From a virus (taxonomy: Duplodnaviria > Caudoviricetes): DNA of 38,241 nt. Of this stretch, positions 24,950 through 34,377 are shown piece after piece. Both the position numbers and the translations under genes were made by a program. The notes beneath the pieces were generated by a model. It saw only the letters and a list, made by a program, of their open reading frames with translations. It was not told where the DNA came from and did not search any database. Location of the stretch: positions 1 through 38,241 of the IMG/VR virus record IMGVR_UViG_3300017914_001399. One strand, 5' to 3'. How positions within the stretch are numbered: the stretch's first letter is position 1; each line of letters begins with the position of its first letter.

Positions 24950-26568
24950 TACGCCCTACGCCTTCTATTTAAAAATCTATTCTGTGCTTTAACAACTTTT
25001 CCACTATTAACTTTATTAGTTGTTATTCTTGGTTTTGTGTTACGCTTACTTGTACTCACAGCAATAAATAAGCTATCTTTCAAATCATCTGTAGATGGTC
25101 TTGAAAGTCTTAGTTCTTCTTCTAAGATACGGGATAAACCACCTTTAAAATGAAATACACTGCCATTCCTATACAATGGCTCTAATATCTCTTCTATACG
25201 TTCTTCTTTATTACGTGTAGAAGGTTTAGCTTCAATGATTAAGTTAGCTGTCTGTCTTCTCATTTCATCTTGAATGAAGTTGGCTATCACCTTACCACCA
25301 GCATTACTTTCTATTGTAGCTTTAGGGAATCCCCAATACTCCCATAATTCAAACAAGTTTTGATAGTATACTTCTGCTTTATCTGTCTGAAATCTTCTTT
25401 GTTCCAATACATATAAATAGCCGTCTGTATCCCATCCAATTACACTAATAGCTGTGTAATCTCGTTTAATCTTTCTTATCCCTGTAGACTCAGAGAATGC
25501 TAAGTCAACACCACAATGAAGAGACAACACTTTCTCACCATACTTCCACTTACCATTATCTTGTTCTAAGAACTTAGGATTGGCATATTGAAAGTGCTCT
25601 CTATTAACTCTATCAGTGCCTACAGCATTAGGGTCGTTATAATACTGAGCAAAGTATAGTTCTAAGTTCATAGCATGAGAACGTTTCTTACTTAACTCTG
25701 TAGCATTAAATCCATACCAATTACCATTAGGCATCTTCTGTCTAGGCCATATGTAGTTACCACTCCCATCCCTAGACTTACTATCTTCCACCACTCTTTC
25801 AAAGAACTTCCATAATGGCCTTGTTTCTACTATTTCACCCTTATCGTCATAAACGTCATAAGTCTTTTCTTTTAATGTAGCGTATAAGTCATTATCACCA
25901 TATCTAGTACCTACTGCCCACATTAAACTACCAGTGGTAGCAATACTACTAAAAGATTGATAGGTTTCTCTTATTTCCTCACGCTCAGAGGGACTTTTAT
26001 AGTTTTCATTAGTAACTAAGTCATCAAACACACAAAGTTTAAAGTGTGCCCCTGTATTGGTACTTTTAGCACTTGTAGCCCATATAGTAGGGTCTTTCTC
26101 ACTTTCAGGTCTATCAGGATGGTCTACACTAATTTCTGTTTTAGTCCAAGCCCCTTTAGGTTTGTGTTCATAGTCTTTTGTACGAGTGTTGTATTCATAC
26201 CTAAGCATGTTAGGCCAAAACTCTCTGTGCATTTCACTTTTAAATATATTTTTGATAACCGTCAATTGTCTCTCAGACAGAGTAGGGTTAGCAGAAACAT
26301 ACGCAATTGTGAACCAAGGATGTTTAGTAACAACCCAGCTGACAGCTACAGCAATACAAAAACTCTTCTGATGGTCACGAGGAATTAAAGCTCCTGCATT
26401 GTCACCATCACCACTCTCTAAAGCATCCTCTAATGACTTCTGAAAGTAGTTAAAGAAATCCCGATGTACATCACCAAAATATCTATTGGGGAACATAGCT
26501 TGAGCATAAACCCATAAGCTGTTCTCCATTGCTTCCTTAGCTTGTATTTGCTCTTTACTTAGTGTCAT
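24949..26568 (-). CDS. terL: Terminase large subunit
   Basis: Walker A-like PRDHQKS, Walker B TGAHFKLCVFDD, GTRY, nuclease GVDLA...DYTA...DDLKDSL. Confidence 0.95.
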   Translation of the reverse strand: MTLSKEQIQAKEAMENSLWVYAQAMFPNRYFGDVHRDFFNYFQKSLEDALESGDGDNAGALIPRDHQKSFCIAVAVSWVVTKHPWFTIAYVSANPTLSERQLTVIKNIFKSEMHREFWPNMLRYEYNTRTKDYEHKPKGAWTKTEISVDHPDRPESEKDPTIWATSAKSTNTGAHFKLCVFDDLVTNENYKSPSEREEIRETYQSFSSIATTGSLMWAVGTRYGDNDLYATLKEKTYDVYDDKGEIVETRPLWKFFERVVEDSKSRDGSGNYIWPRQKMPNGNWYGFNATELSKKRSHAMNLELYFAQYYNDPNAVGTDRVNREHFQYANPKFLEQDNGKWKYGEKVLSLHCGVDLAFSESTGIRKIKRDYTAISVIGWDTDGYLYVLEQRRFQTDKAEVYYQNLFELWEYWGFPKATIESNAGGKVIANFIQDEMRRQTANLIIEAKPSTRNKEERIEEILEPLYRNGSVFHFKGGLSRILEEELRLSRPSTDDLKDSLFIAVSTSKRNTKPRITTNKVNSGKVVKAQNRFLNRRRRA

Positions 26569-26999
26569 ACGCTATCTTTAATATATGCCCATACAATTGC
26601 AAGCAGGGCTACTACAGGGAGTAAAAATTTATTTACCACAAATTTCACTATTCCCCAATTGTTCTCACCTTTTCCTTGGTACTTCTCTAATTCAGCTAAT
26701 CGCTTTTTTATTTCAGTCAACTCCTTGGGAATTTCTAATACACTAGAAATATTCTTATCTAATGTATGAAAATCCTCCTTTAACTGGTCAATCTTAATAT
26801 TTTGCTTATCATCTACTTCCCTTTGGATTCTAGCATCTTCTTCTAACTTTTCTTGCACTACCCCAATACGTTCCATTGTAACAGCCATGTGCTGCATATG
26901 CTCTGCAAACGTAGCTAATGTACTCTCCATTTTATCCTGTCTTTCATTAGAGGATTGTATTTCCTTTAATAGTGCTTCTTGAAAGTCATCCATTGCCAT
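26565..26999 (-). CDS. Coiled-coil protein with C-terminal TM helix (XhlA-like holin or spanin-type candidate)
   Basis: Heptad helix followed by FLLPVVALLAIVWAYI. Confidence 0.55.
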   Translation of the reverse strand: MAMDDFQEALLKEIQSSNERQDKMESTLATFAEHMQHMAVTMERIGVVQEKLEEDARIQREVDDKQNIKIDQLKEDFHTLDKNISSVLEIPKELTEIKKRLAELEKYQGKGENNWGIVKFVVNKFLLPVVALLAIVWAYIKDSV

Positions 27000-27516
27000 T
27001 TTCTACCAATTGTAATATCTTACTACTATTAGATTGTTTAGGTTGTTGGGGTTTTGTTTTAATTGTTCTGCCTACAGGCTTTTTCTCTTTATTATTTTCA
27101 ATAATAGCTTTAGCTGCTGCTACATTTCCTTCTTCTACTTGTTCCATTAGTGTACGTTTAGCAATACTCTCATCCCTAGCTTTCATATCCTTACGCCATT
27201 CTAATAAACCATCTAAACGACTTCCGTGTCCACTAGGATATTCATAACCTTCCATAAACCAATTACAATCTAACAACTTCTTCCAGTGAGCCTTGCTCCC
27301 TAGAGTTTTCATAGCACAATCATGTTCATCCACACTTTCCATAAAAATTTGATAGAGAGATACGTATTCTTTCCCACTCTTAGCTATATGGTTTTCAGGA
27401 CGCAATGTATAAAAAGCTTCTTTATTGTTATATTCATAGAATAAACCTTTAGTGAGATACTTTCCATTATCTGCCCTTAAAGTTATGCTGTGGTCTTTGT
27501 AATTAAAGTTTTTCAT
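26986..27516 (-). CDS. terS: Terminase small subunit (putative)
   Basis: G.YLTKGLFYE, SLYQIFME..DE, HWKKL...WF, GNVAAAK; two genes upstream of TerL. Confidence 0.65.
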   Translation of the reverse strand: MKNFNYKDHSITLRADNGKYLTKGLFYEYNNKEAFYTLRPENHIAKSGKEYVSLYQIFMESVDEHDCAMKTLGSKAHWKKLLDCNWFMEGYEYPSGHGSRLDGLLEWRKDMKARDESIAKRTLMEQVEEGNVAAAKAIIENNKEKKPVGRTIKTKPQQPKQSNSSKILQLVENGNG

Positions 27517-27561
27517 TAAATTTTAATTTTTATTAAAAAATTATCATGCCAATTTTTACGA

Positions 27562-29556
27562 TTACATTGCAGCTAAAATAAAACTAAATAATTCAGAATA
27601 TCTAACTCCATACCTGTTACCAGACTTTTTAGCCTTTTGAATCACAACCACATTTCCGTCATCGTCTGTTTGTGTTATTTCTGGGGAAGCTTCCCATTCA
27701 TCGTAACAAAACATTCCATATTTGTCAGGGTCTAGTCCATGCGACCTAAAAACCTCACCTAGCGTTTGCGCTCCAATACCCCAATGAATTCTTGCATCTT
27801 CCCCTTTTGAGTTTACAGAAGAAATAAACTTATATTTTCTTAATTTAGATTTTAACTCTAATGCACAAGATTTTTCTTTTTCTTCAATTTCCAATAACTC
27901 TGTCTTTTCCCTTTCATCAGAAGTATCTATAGTTCCATTAGAAGCATAGACTGTTGAAAACCTTTGGGATGCAGTCCCTAAATCGAAAAGGTCATCGTCA
28001 GAGGGTCTAATTCTTCCATACTCTATTCTTATAGAAGCTCTTATTGAACTTGTTTCATAATCAAATCTATTAGCATAAATCCAATATTGACCGTCATTTT
28101 TTAAGCCACCCACCGTTTGTATAGCATCACTTACTGTCCCATATCTGATTATTTCATCAGAACCGCTGTAAAGACTAAATATCCTCTCGGAGTATCCAGA
28201 CCTTGGCCCCGCTTCAAGAAATCTTAGTCCATCTGGAGTGGCGGAATATATTCTCAATTCTCCAGATGCTTCATTTATAATATTTATTGGATTTGATAGA
28301 TACATAGCACCAATTGTGCTACTCCTTTGATTGTCAACTTCTGAAACTTTTCCTGAGAGTTGAAAGCTTGTAACCAAAGCACCGGAAACAGCAGGGGTAG
28401 GTATTACAAGTCGCCCATTGATAACGCAGTTAACAGCCTGCATATTTTCTGTATACCCGTCCACTTTTAAACCTGCAAGCCCTGTCCCTGTTCCAGTATC
28501 TATTTGTAACATATCAACAGAAAAATGAGTCAATTGGGAAAATCTACAATATTCGTAATCTTCTGTGCAACCTGAAACTCTAACTTTATAAATTGAAAAA
28601 TTCCTTAAGCCTCGGCTTCCCGGTGTGTCATACTGTAAACCGTCAAAATCCAGTGCCCTTTGCCAAAGGCCAGAACCTTCGGTTTGTATAGTCAATTCTT
28701 CAAAATTGAATGTTGACGCTCTTTTATCACTAACTCCATCATTTGCTGAGTTGAAAACCTTTATTGCCGAGCCTCCAGAAAATCCATTAGCTTTGACGAT
28801 AAGCATTTTACTAATTCCACCACCAGTATTATTAGCTCCTGATATGTTGGAACTATCATAATAAAAACAATCGTCATTAGACTGATGCAGTATGGTTGTG
28901 CCCTTACCGATAGTAGAGGATTGGGATTGACCGTAAATAGGTACGCCATTTCCGATATTTATAGTTGAATTAATTGTATAAGTTTCAGAGGACGCATAAA
29001 CACTATAGTTATTTAATTCAGAATCATTTACCGCTGCAATGAATGCGGAAGTATCAGTTGATGCTGTACCTATAGCCCCGTAAAAATCAACATCTACAAC
29101 ATTATTCTCTAAAAACCTTTTCCACCTTGCACCATTTGCAGTAACAATAACAGTACCATTATTATCTGAAGATGTTGTATCACTTTCATCATAGTAAAAG
29201 TTACCACCCCCCCTACCGTCTTGTGTGTGCTGAACAAGAAAAGCTACTTGTCCATCTGTTGCAGGCTCTGTAGTACGTAAGTCACTAATGGTTTGTACAG
29301 TGAAGTCTGCCCCTTGAACAACTACTGTTTTAACTTCATCTAGGTCTTTCTTACGTGCTGCATCATTATCACTTTCTGGAGCAGCTAAGTTGGTAATCTT
29401 ATTAGAGTTCATATCTAATTCAGTTTCCATCTGATTAGATTGTCCAACATCGGGGTTTCTATCTAGTTGGGAAGCAATAGCAGCAGCTATTTTTTCATTC
29501 TCTGCGTTCTGTGCTGCTAAATCCCCTGTCAACGGGGAGGGAGTGTAATTAGACAT
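27562..29556 (-). CDS. Tail spike / receptor-binding protein with beta-helix and peptidase S74 intramolecular chaperone
   Basis: N-terminal anchor LDMNSNKITNL; GGGNFYYD...DNNGTVI...RWKR head domain; FYGAIG..DT.AF beta-helix start; TSDEREK...G.GAQ...YGVRYSEL. Confidence 0.88.
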   Translation of the reverse strand: MSNYTPSPLTGDLAAQNAENEKIAAAIASQLDRNPDVGQSNQMETELDMNSNKITNLAAPESDNDAARKKDLDEVKTVVVQGADFTVQTISDLRTTEPATDGQVAFLVQHTQDGRGGGNFYYDESDTTSSDNNGTVIVTANGARWKRFLENNVVDVDFYGAIGTASTDTSAFIAAVNDSELNNYSVYASSETYTINSTINIGNGVPIYGQSQSSTIGKGTTILHQSNDDCFYYDSSNISGANNTGGGISKMLIVKANGFSGGSAIKVFNSANDGVSDKRASTFNFEELTIQTEGSGLWQRALDFDGLQYDTPGSRGLRNFSIYKVRVSGCTEDYEYCRFSQLTHFSVDMLQIDTGTGTGLAGLKVDGYTENMQAVNCVINGRLVIPTPAVSGALVTSFQLSGKVSEVDNQRSSTIGAMYLSNPINIINEASGELRIYSATPDGLRFLEAGPRSGYSERIFSLYSGSDEIIRYGTVSDAIQTVGGLKNDGQYWIYANRFDYETSSIRASIRIEYGRIRPSDDDLFDLGTASQRFSTVYASNGTIDTSDEREKTELLEIEEKEKSCALELKSKLRKYKFISSVNSKGEDARIHWGIGAQTLGEVFRSHGLDPDKYGMFCYDEWEASPEITQTDDDGNVVVIQKAKKSGNRYGVRYSELFSFILAAM

Positions 29557-29559
29557 TTA

Positions 29560-32502
29560 TTAACCTACCTTCGTAATTCTAAAACTTGTACCACGGAAGT
29601 TATCACTAATGTTAGTATTTTCAATTGGTACATCTGTATAATATTCTAATGTAATAGTGTCTTCATCATCTAATTCAAAATTACCTGTTACGTAGTTTTG
29701 AGTGGTTAAACGACCTTGTGTTGGTGTTCCACTATCGTCACTAATATCCCTATCACCTGTAGAGCGTATAGTTGTAAAGCTACTATTAGCCGACCTGACA
29801 CGTATAGCTGTTTGCATAGAAGTAGTTGCTGTAGCAGAAGATTGATGTTTCCACGTAGCACTTCCTTCTACTTCATATTTACCTCTAGGAAGTGTAATAG
29901 AACCAGAAGATAAATTACTTGTACAATAAGTGATAGTGTTATAATTCTCACTATCGTAGTTAGTAATAGTAGTCCAAGAGCCTGTAGTGGTAAATGTATC
30001 TGAAGTAGTTATTACAAGTTCCACATTCCCTTGAGGCGCACCGTAAAGCCAATCATGTTTCAATAAGCAGGAATTATCACTAGAAGTATAATCGAAGTCT
30101 AATGTAGGTGTGATAGTAAGTGTGCTTCCTGATACATTAGTAATTTCATGGAATCTAACTCTATTCTCACCACTGACATTTAAGCTTAACCAATCACCTT
30201 TATTAGCTGTAGCACCACCACCGATAGCACTAAAAGTAATAGTAGAAGCTCCAGATGTGCCTGATGTCAATGTAACATCTTCCACTTGAGTAATTTGTTT
30301 TAATGTCCTATCCCTAGTAAATTCAACTATACTACGTTCATACGGCTTATATAAGAAAGCTCCAATATGGTCATAAGGTGAAGTATCCCCAACAGCAGGG
30401 TTAGAGCGTATAGCTTTAAATATTGTATGATATTCATATGAGCTATTCTCATTTCCTCCATATTCAAATATAGCATCTGAAGATTCTACATGAATACGTA
30501 TAGCTGGAAGGTCAAGTTCAGATTTATTATCAGGGTCAATATTAATTAAGAAAAAATCATCTGTATCAGGGGCAGTAGCATTTGTATTATCATAGTCTGT
30601 TAACACTAAACTGCTATACAATTTACCCTGTCTGAAGTTCTGAATAACAGGTTTTCTTTCTAATGAAGCTGTATCGTAAGCAAATCTGATTTTATCTAGA
30701 TATAAGTCTACACCATCAAAGAAAATTCTATCTTGAACTAATGTATCCTGAATAACACCGTCACGTATGAAAATAGTTACTTCTAAAAATTTAGTATCAT
30801 CACTTAGAGAGTCTCCGATAGTAGTACCATCTACATCATAACAATAATAACGTCTACCTGTATCAGTACGTTCTATGTAGTCTCCACTAAAATAAGCTCT
30901 TGTTGTTGTACTGCTGGATTCTGTGTAAGTGCCACTATCAGGGAAACTATCTCTTAACAAACCGCCCTTCATAACCCATTGAGGGCAACCTTCCATAAAT
31001 ACAAAAGATATTTGACCTGAATGTCTTACTTCACAATTATTAATTTCTACAGCACTTACAGAAGAGTTATTTCCTTGTACAACTACAGGAGTCCCTTCTA
31101 CATAACAATTATTAAAGCTAACCTCTTCTTGTGTAAAGTTATCTAGGTCTACAAATGTAGTGCCTAAAATCGAGCGTTCGTGTTTAATAAAATTACAATT
31201 ATCAGCTTGGAATCTCCCATGCACCCAAGAAGTAGCACTACTGTCACTACTCACCCAATGTAAAGGACGTGAGTTAGAATAAACTTGGTGTGGAGTAAAA
31301 CTTAATGTAGGTGTTCCATCAAACGTAGTGTTAGTACAATGAGTCTCAGGAGCATAACCTACACTATTACCATCAGCAAAGACGTATAAAAAGCTGTCTC
31401 TAGAACTGTTATTCATAACAGAATTATGAATACCAAGCTTACCCTTCTTAGTGGAGTTAGCCCATACAATAGTTTGTTTAGCAATATCTAAAGGTGTATC
31501 TACAAAACACTCATTAAAAACTACTGTATCAGCTTGGAATTTAAAATTATCTAAAGGCATCCTACTAAAGCGACATCTTTGTATTAACGCAATAGCTGAC
31601 TCTGTAGTGTCCCTAACTTCAATAAAATAAGCATTAGGGCAATTAACAAACTCTACATTATTAATGTAATAACTTCCACTACCTTCAAATACAATTGTTT
31701 CTTTATCAAAACGAGCATTAAATACTCTAGCCCCTTCAGGAATAATATCTGTACCTCCATTAGACAAAGTATCAGTAACTTGATAAGCTAATGTAAGTAC
31801 ACTACCTGAAATGCCAATTACTCTGTTAAAGTCTGTGTTAGGGGCTGTTATACGTGATGAAGAGTTAGGGAGATAGCTATTACTCCAAGAGGATGCTATC
31901 TGGTCATTAACTGTCCAATTACTAGGATTGTCCACTGTTAGGGAAGTAGGCTGTGAAGAAGATTGTGTAGTAACTGTAGCAGTGATTAAGTTGCCATCTA
32001 CATATCCATTTTCTAAAGTGAATACATCTTTTTGAATAGTAATTTGAGAATTATTAACTAGGTTAAATGTACTACCTTGTAAATCCCATTTAGTACAAAC
32101 TGCTGTATTAGGAATAGTAACATCATTCTCTAACGTAAGAGAAGTACCACCAAATACCACTGTCTCTGCTGCATTAGAAGCATTCAATAAAGCTACATCA
32201 TCTGCAATCGGACCACTGCCATCAGGAGGATTAATAAATTCATCAATATGCGCAATACTGGAAATAGCCACTGTAGCTATTTCTTCATCTAATTGACCTT
32301 TATTAACTGCATCCGTGTTAGCTGTACCTGCTGCCAAATTAGTGATTTTATTGCCATTCATATCAATTCCAGCCATCATTTGATTGGCCTGACCTACATC
32401 GGGATTTCTATCCAAATGACTAGCAATTGATGTTTGAATCTTCTCTAATTCTGCATATATTTGCGGAACTGTGTAAGGCTGATTCGGTGTGTAATTAGCC
32501 AT
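29560..32502 (-). CDS. Second tail spike/fibre, beta-helix with C-terminal C1q/TNF-like domain
   Basis: Paralogous anchor IDMNGNKITNL...DAVNKGQL; repeated N/C-F beta-helix rungs; C-terminal G.ITLP.GKY.V...FEL...DTITL. Confidence 0.82.
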   Translation of the reverse strand: MANYTPNQPYTVPQIYAELEKIQTSIASHLDRNPDVGQANQMMAGIDMNGNKITNLAAGTANTDAVNKGQLDEEIATVAISSIAHIDEFINPPDGSGPIADDVALLNASNAAETVVFGGTSLTLENDVTIPNTAVCTKWDLQGSTFNLVNNSQITIQKDVFTLENGYVDGNLITATVTTQSSSQPTSLTVDNPSNWTVNDQIASSWSNSYLPNSSSRITAPNTDFNRVIGISGSVLTLAYQVTDTLSNGGTDIIPEGARVFNARFDKETIVFEGSGSYYINNVEFVNCPNAYFIEVRDTTESAIALIQRCRFSRMPLDNFKFQADTVVFNECFVDTPLDIAKQTIVWANSTKKGKLGIHNSVMNNSSRDSFLYVFADGNSVGYAPETHCTNTTFDGTPTLSFTPHQVYSNSRPLHWVSSDSSATSWVHGRFQADNCNFIKHERSILGTTFVDLDNFTQEEVSFNNCYVEGTPVVVQGNNSSVSAVEINNCEVRHSGQISFVFMEGCPQWVMKGGLLRDSFPDSGTYTESSSTTTRAYFSGDYIERTDTGRRYYCYDVDGTTIGDSLSDDTKFLEVTIFIRDGVIQDTLVQDRIFFDGVDLYLDKIRFAYDTASLERKPVIQNFRQGKLYSSLVLTDYDNTNATAPDTDDFFLINIDPDNKSELDLPAIRIHVESSDAIFEYGGNENSSYEYHTIFKAIRSNPAVGDTSPYDHIGAFLYKPYERSIVEFTRDRTLKQITQVEDVTLTSGTSGASTITFSAIGGGATANKGDWLSLNVSGENRVRFHEITNVSGSTLTITPTLDFDYTSSDNSCLLKHDWLYGAPQGNVELVITTSDTFTTTGSWTTITNYDSENYNTITYCTSNLSSGSITLPRGKYEVEGSATWKHQSSATATTSMQTAIRVRSANSSFTTIRSTGDRDISDDSGTPTQGRLTTQNYVTGNFELDDEDTITLEYYTDVPIENTNISDNFRGTSFRITKVG

Positions 32503-32816
32503 TAAGCAACATTCCTCTCTTTAATGCTTAAACGTATGTTAATATTAGAAGTAGTGGACGTAATAGTGACAGTTTGTGTAGCTTCTAAATATTGACCTTC
32601 TATTTCAGGAAGTATTTGACCTTCCGCTGGAATACTTTTATCTGTTACATATTCCACACTGTTAATCTTAATATCATCAATAGATACATCTGAAGTAGAA
32701 GTATTACCAATCACTACGGCACTGATAACTGCCACTGTATCCGCAGGACACGTATACACCACTACATCTGTCCCATTCACTGCTGTTTGTTCTGCTACTA
32801 CGTATGTAATTGCCAT
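32502..32816 (-). CDS. Small beta-sandwich virion protein (putative)
   Basis: VYTCP....VI..VVIGN pattern; coupled to the tail spike gene. Confidence 0.6.
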   Translation of the reverse strand: MAITYVVAEQTAVNGTDVVVYTCPADTVAVISAVVIGNTSTSDVSIDDIKINSVEYVTDKSIPAEGQILPEIEGQYLEATQTVTITSTTSNINIRLSIKERNVA

Positions 32817-32824
32817 TATAATTC

Positions 32825-33070
32825 CTATCGGATGTGATAGCCATCTTTGGCTTCAAAATCAAATCTTTCTTCTAAAGCTTCTAATTTTTTATTTATAGCT
32901 TCCACTACTGTTAAATTTCTATTTCTTTGAGCTAAATCAAATTCAATATCAAATATTAATTCTTCTAATGTTCTGTCTTGTTGTTCTAGGGTTTGATTCA
33001 AACTACTTTGTTGTCTTAGGATTCTATCCTGTCTAGCATTCCTAAATTGTTCATCACGTCTATAACTCAT
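32825..33070 (-). CDS. Hypothetical coiled-coil protein (81 aa)
   Basis: TAATG coupling to the holin gene. Confidence 0.7.
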   Translation of the reverse strand: MSYRRDEQFRNARQDRILRQQSSLNQTLEQQDRTLEELIFDIEFDLAQRNRNLTVVEAINKKLEALEERFDFEAKDGYHIR

Positions 33071-33513
33071 TACTTCTTACTCATTCTATTAAGCACTGTG
33101 TTAACTACACTAGACATATGTGGAGCAGCAAAGTAGAACGCTAATATCAACATAACAGGGTCATGCATTTCATTAGTGAAATTATCAATAGACGTAATAG
33201 ATAGCATCCAATTCTTATGAAACTCTACATCATCAATCCAAGGAGCTATCATACTCCCTAAGAATCCCATAACGTGTCCAAACACCCAACAACCAGCTAT
33301 CATTAACGCTATGAATCTTCTAGTGAGATTTTGACCTTGTGTAGCTTCCATCCAGCTTACTAATAACGTTCTAGCTTCTGTTCTAGCTTTAGCTGCATCA
33401 TCAGCTTTTTCTTCATCAGAGTAGTATAGTTTATCAAGTCCATTAGCAACAGTGTCAACAGTTTTGTTAACTGTCTCACTACTATCAAATAATCTACTAA
33501 TGAACCCTAACAC
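33070..33513 (-). CDS. Holin, GTA 3TM-like (putative)
   Basis: LD.LYYSDEEKA N-terminus, RRFIAL TM helix, LILAFYF motif; GTG start. Confidence 0.7.
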   Translation of the reverse strand: MLGFISRLFDSSETVNKTVDTVANGLDKLYYSDEEKADDAAKARTEARTLLVSWMEATQGQNLTRRFIALMIAGCWVFGHVMGFLGSMIAPWIDDVEFHKNWMLSITSIDNFTNEMHDPVMLILAFYFAAPHMSSVVNTVLNRMSKK

Positions 33514-33529
33514 ACCAACCCTTTAACGT

Positions 33530-33558
33530 AAAAGAAAGAGGAACATAAATATTCCTCT
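33530..33558 (-). terminator. Intrinsic terminator upstream of the first late gene
   Basis: Minus-strand RNA AGAGGAAUA-UUUA-UGUUCCUCU followed by UUCUUUU. Confidence 0.6.
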
Positions 33559-33620
33559 AAAGAAACTTCATTAGATATCTGACTTGGATGACGTTTCTTC
33601 TAACATAATAATTACTTATT

Positions 33621-33649
33621 AATATAGATAAGATATATAAATAATTCAA
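33621..33649 (-). promoter_or_regulatory. Candidate sigma70 late-arm promoter
   Basis: TTGAAT-17-TATATT; the region is very AT-rich, so a chance match is possible. Confidence 0.35.
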
Positions 33650-33698
33650 ATCTTTTTATTACGTTTTCTTTTAACGTATTGTTATCTAAGAACATTTA

Positions 33699-33998
33699 GC
33701 ACTGTCAGTGCGAGGTGTGGCTTTAGCCATGCTGAGCAAAGCCATGTGCAACATGCATATAGATTAGCCCCTAATCCCAAAAAGCTATAATTTTTGTAGA
33801 AATTTTTGAGGGGCTATGCACAACACACAAGCAAAAGACTAATCCACCCTGTGGGGTAGGCTTGCAGCTTGTATAATCACATCTTTTAATAGATTGCCCA
33901 GGAAATGACCAAAGGGAATTGGAGGGGCTAGACACTTCGATTCATTCCTGAATCTCGGTCAGTAGTGATACTCATATATAAAATATAGGCTAAAGCCA
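33699..33998. repeat. Cluster of short palindromes and inverted repeats, probable genome-end region
   Basis: GCACTGTCAGTGC; TGGCTTTAGCC (33718) / GGCTAAAGCCA (33988); CATGT-GCA-ACATG; TAGCCCCT (33765) / AGGGGCTA (33809); GAGGGGCTA twice. Confidence 0.6.
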
Positions 33999-34148
33999 AC
34001 ATTGTATATATTCGTTAGATTAATACTATCTATCTCAATCTAATTTATTGATAAGGGTTGTTTTGTGTGTGGGTGTGTGTTAATCAAAGACTATACCTTC
34101 TACATATAAAGCTAATTAAATTAATTTATATTTATTTTAAAAAAGTGT

Positions 34149-34178
34149 TTGACTTTGTTGTACGTCTTGTACTACTAT
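34149..34178 (+). promoter_or_regulatory. Sigma70 early promoter with UP element
   Basis: TTGACT-18-TACTAT preceded by an A/T tract at about 34113-34144; points into the early genes. Confidence 0.75.
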
Positions 34179-34311
34179 AGATTCATCGAGTCAGGGACTT
34201 GATTCTCTTAAAGGTAAGAATGCCTTCACAAAGAGTATAGGTTAAGAGCCAAGTGTAAAATGTGTTAGCCAGTGTTGGGCGACGACTATGTAACATCTAG
34301 GAATACAGCAC

Positions 34312-34347
34312 CAATTAAAGCATATTAATATTAGTGTGTTTTAATTG
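34312..34347 (+). promoter_or_regulatory. 16-bp RNA hairpin, RNase III-like processing site
   Basis: CAAUUAAAGCAUAUUA pairs with UAGUGUGUUUUAAUUG using three G-U pairs, so the structure is specific to + strand RNA. Confidence 0.6.
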
Positions 34348-34377
34348 ATTAACTAACAGTTAAACAGGTGGAAAATT

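Noticed and set aside
27562-32502. Diversity-generating retroelement or invertible tail-fibre switch
   Set aside because: No reverse transcriptase, invertase, TR/VR pair or inverted crossover sites seen in the window.
33872-33877. Perfect TATAAT on the + strand (another at 33786)
   Set aside because: No -35 at 16-18 bp and no TGn extension; expected by chance in AT-rich DNA.
34240-34313. Possible tRNA ending in ...GCACCA
   Set aside because: No T-loop GTTCRA, no D-arm and no 7-bp acceptor stem.
33514-34377. CRISPR array or iteron array in the long non-coding region
   Set aside because: No regularly spaced direct repeats; only short palindromes and pairs.
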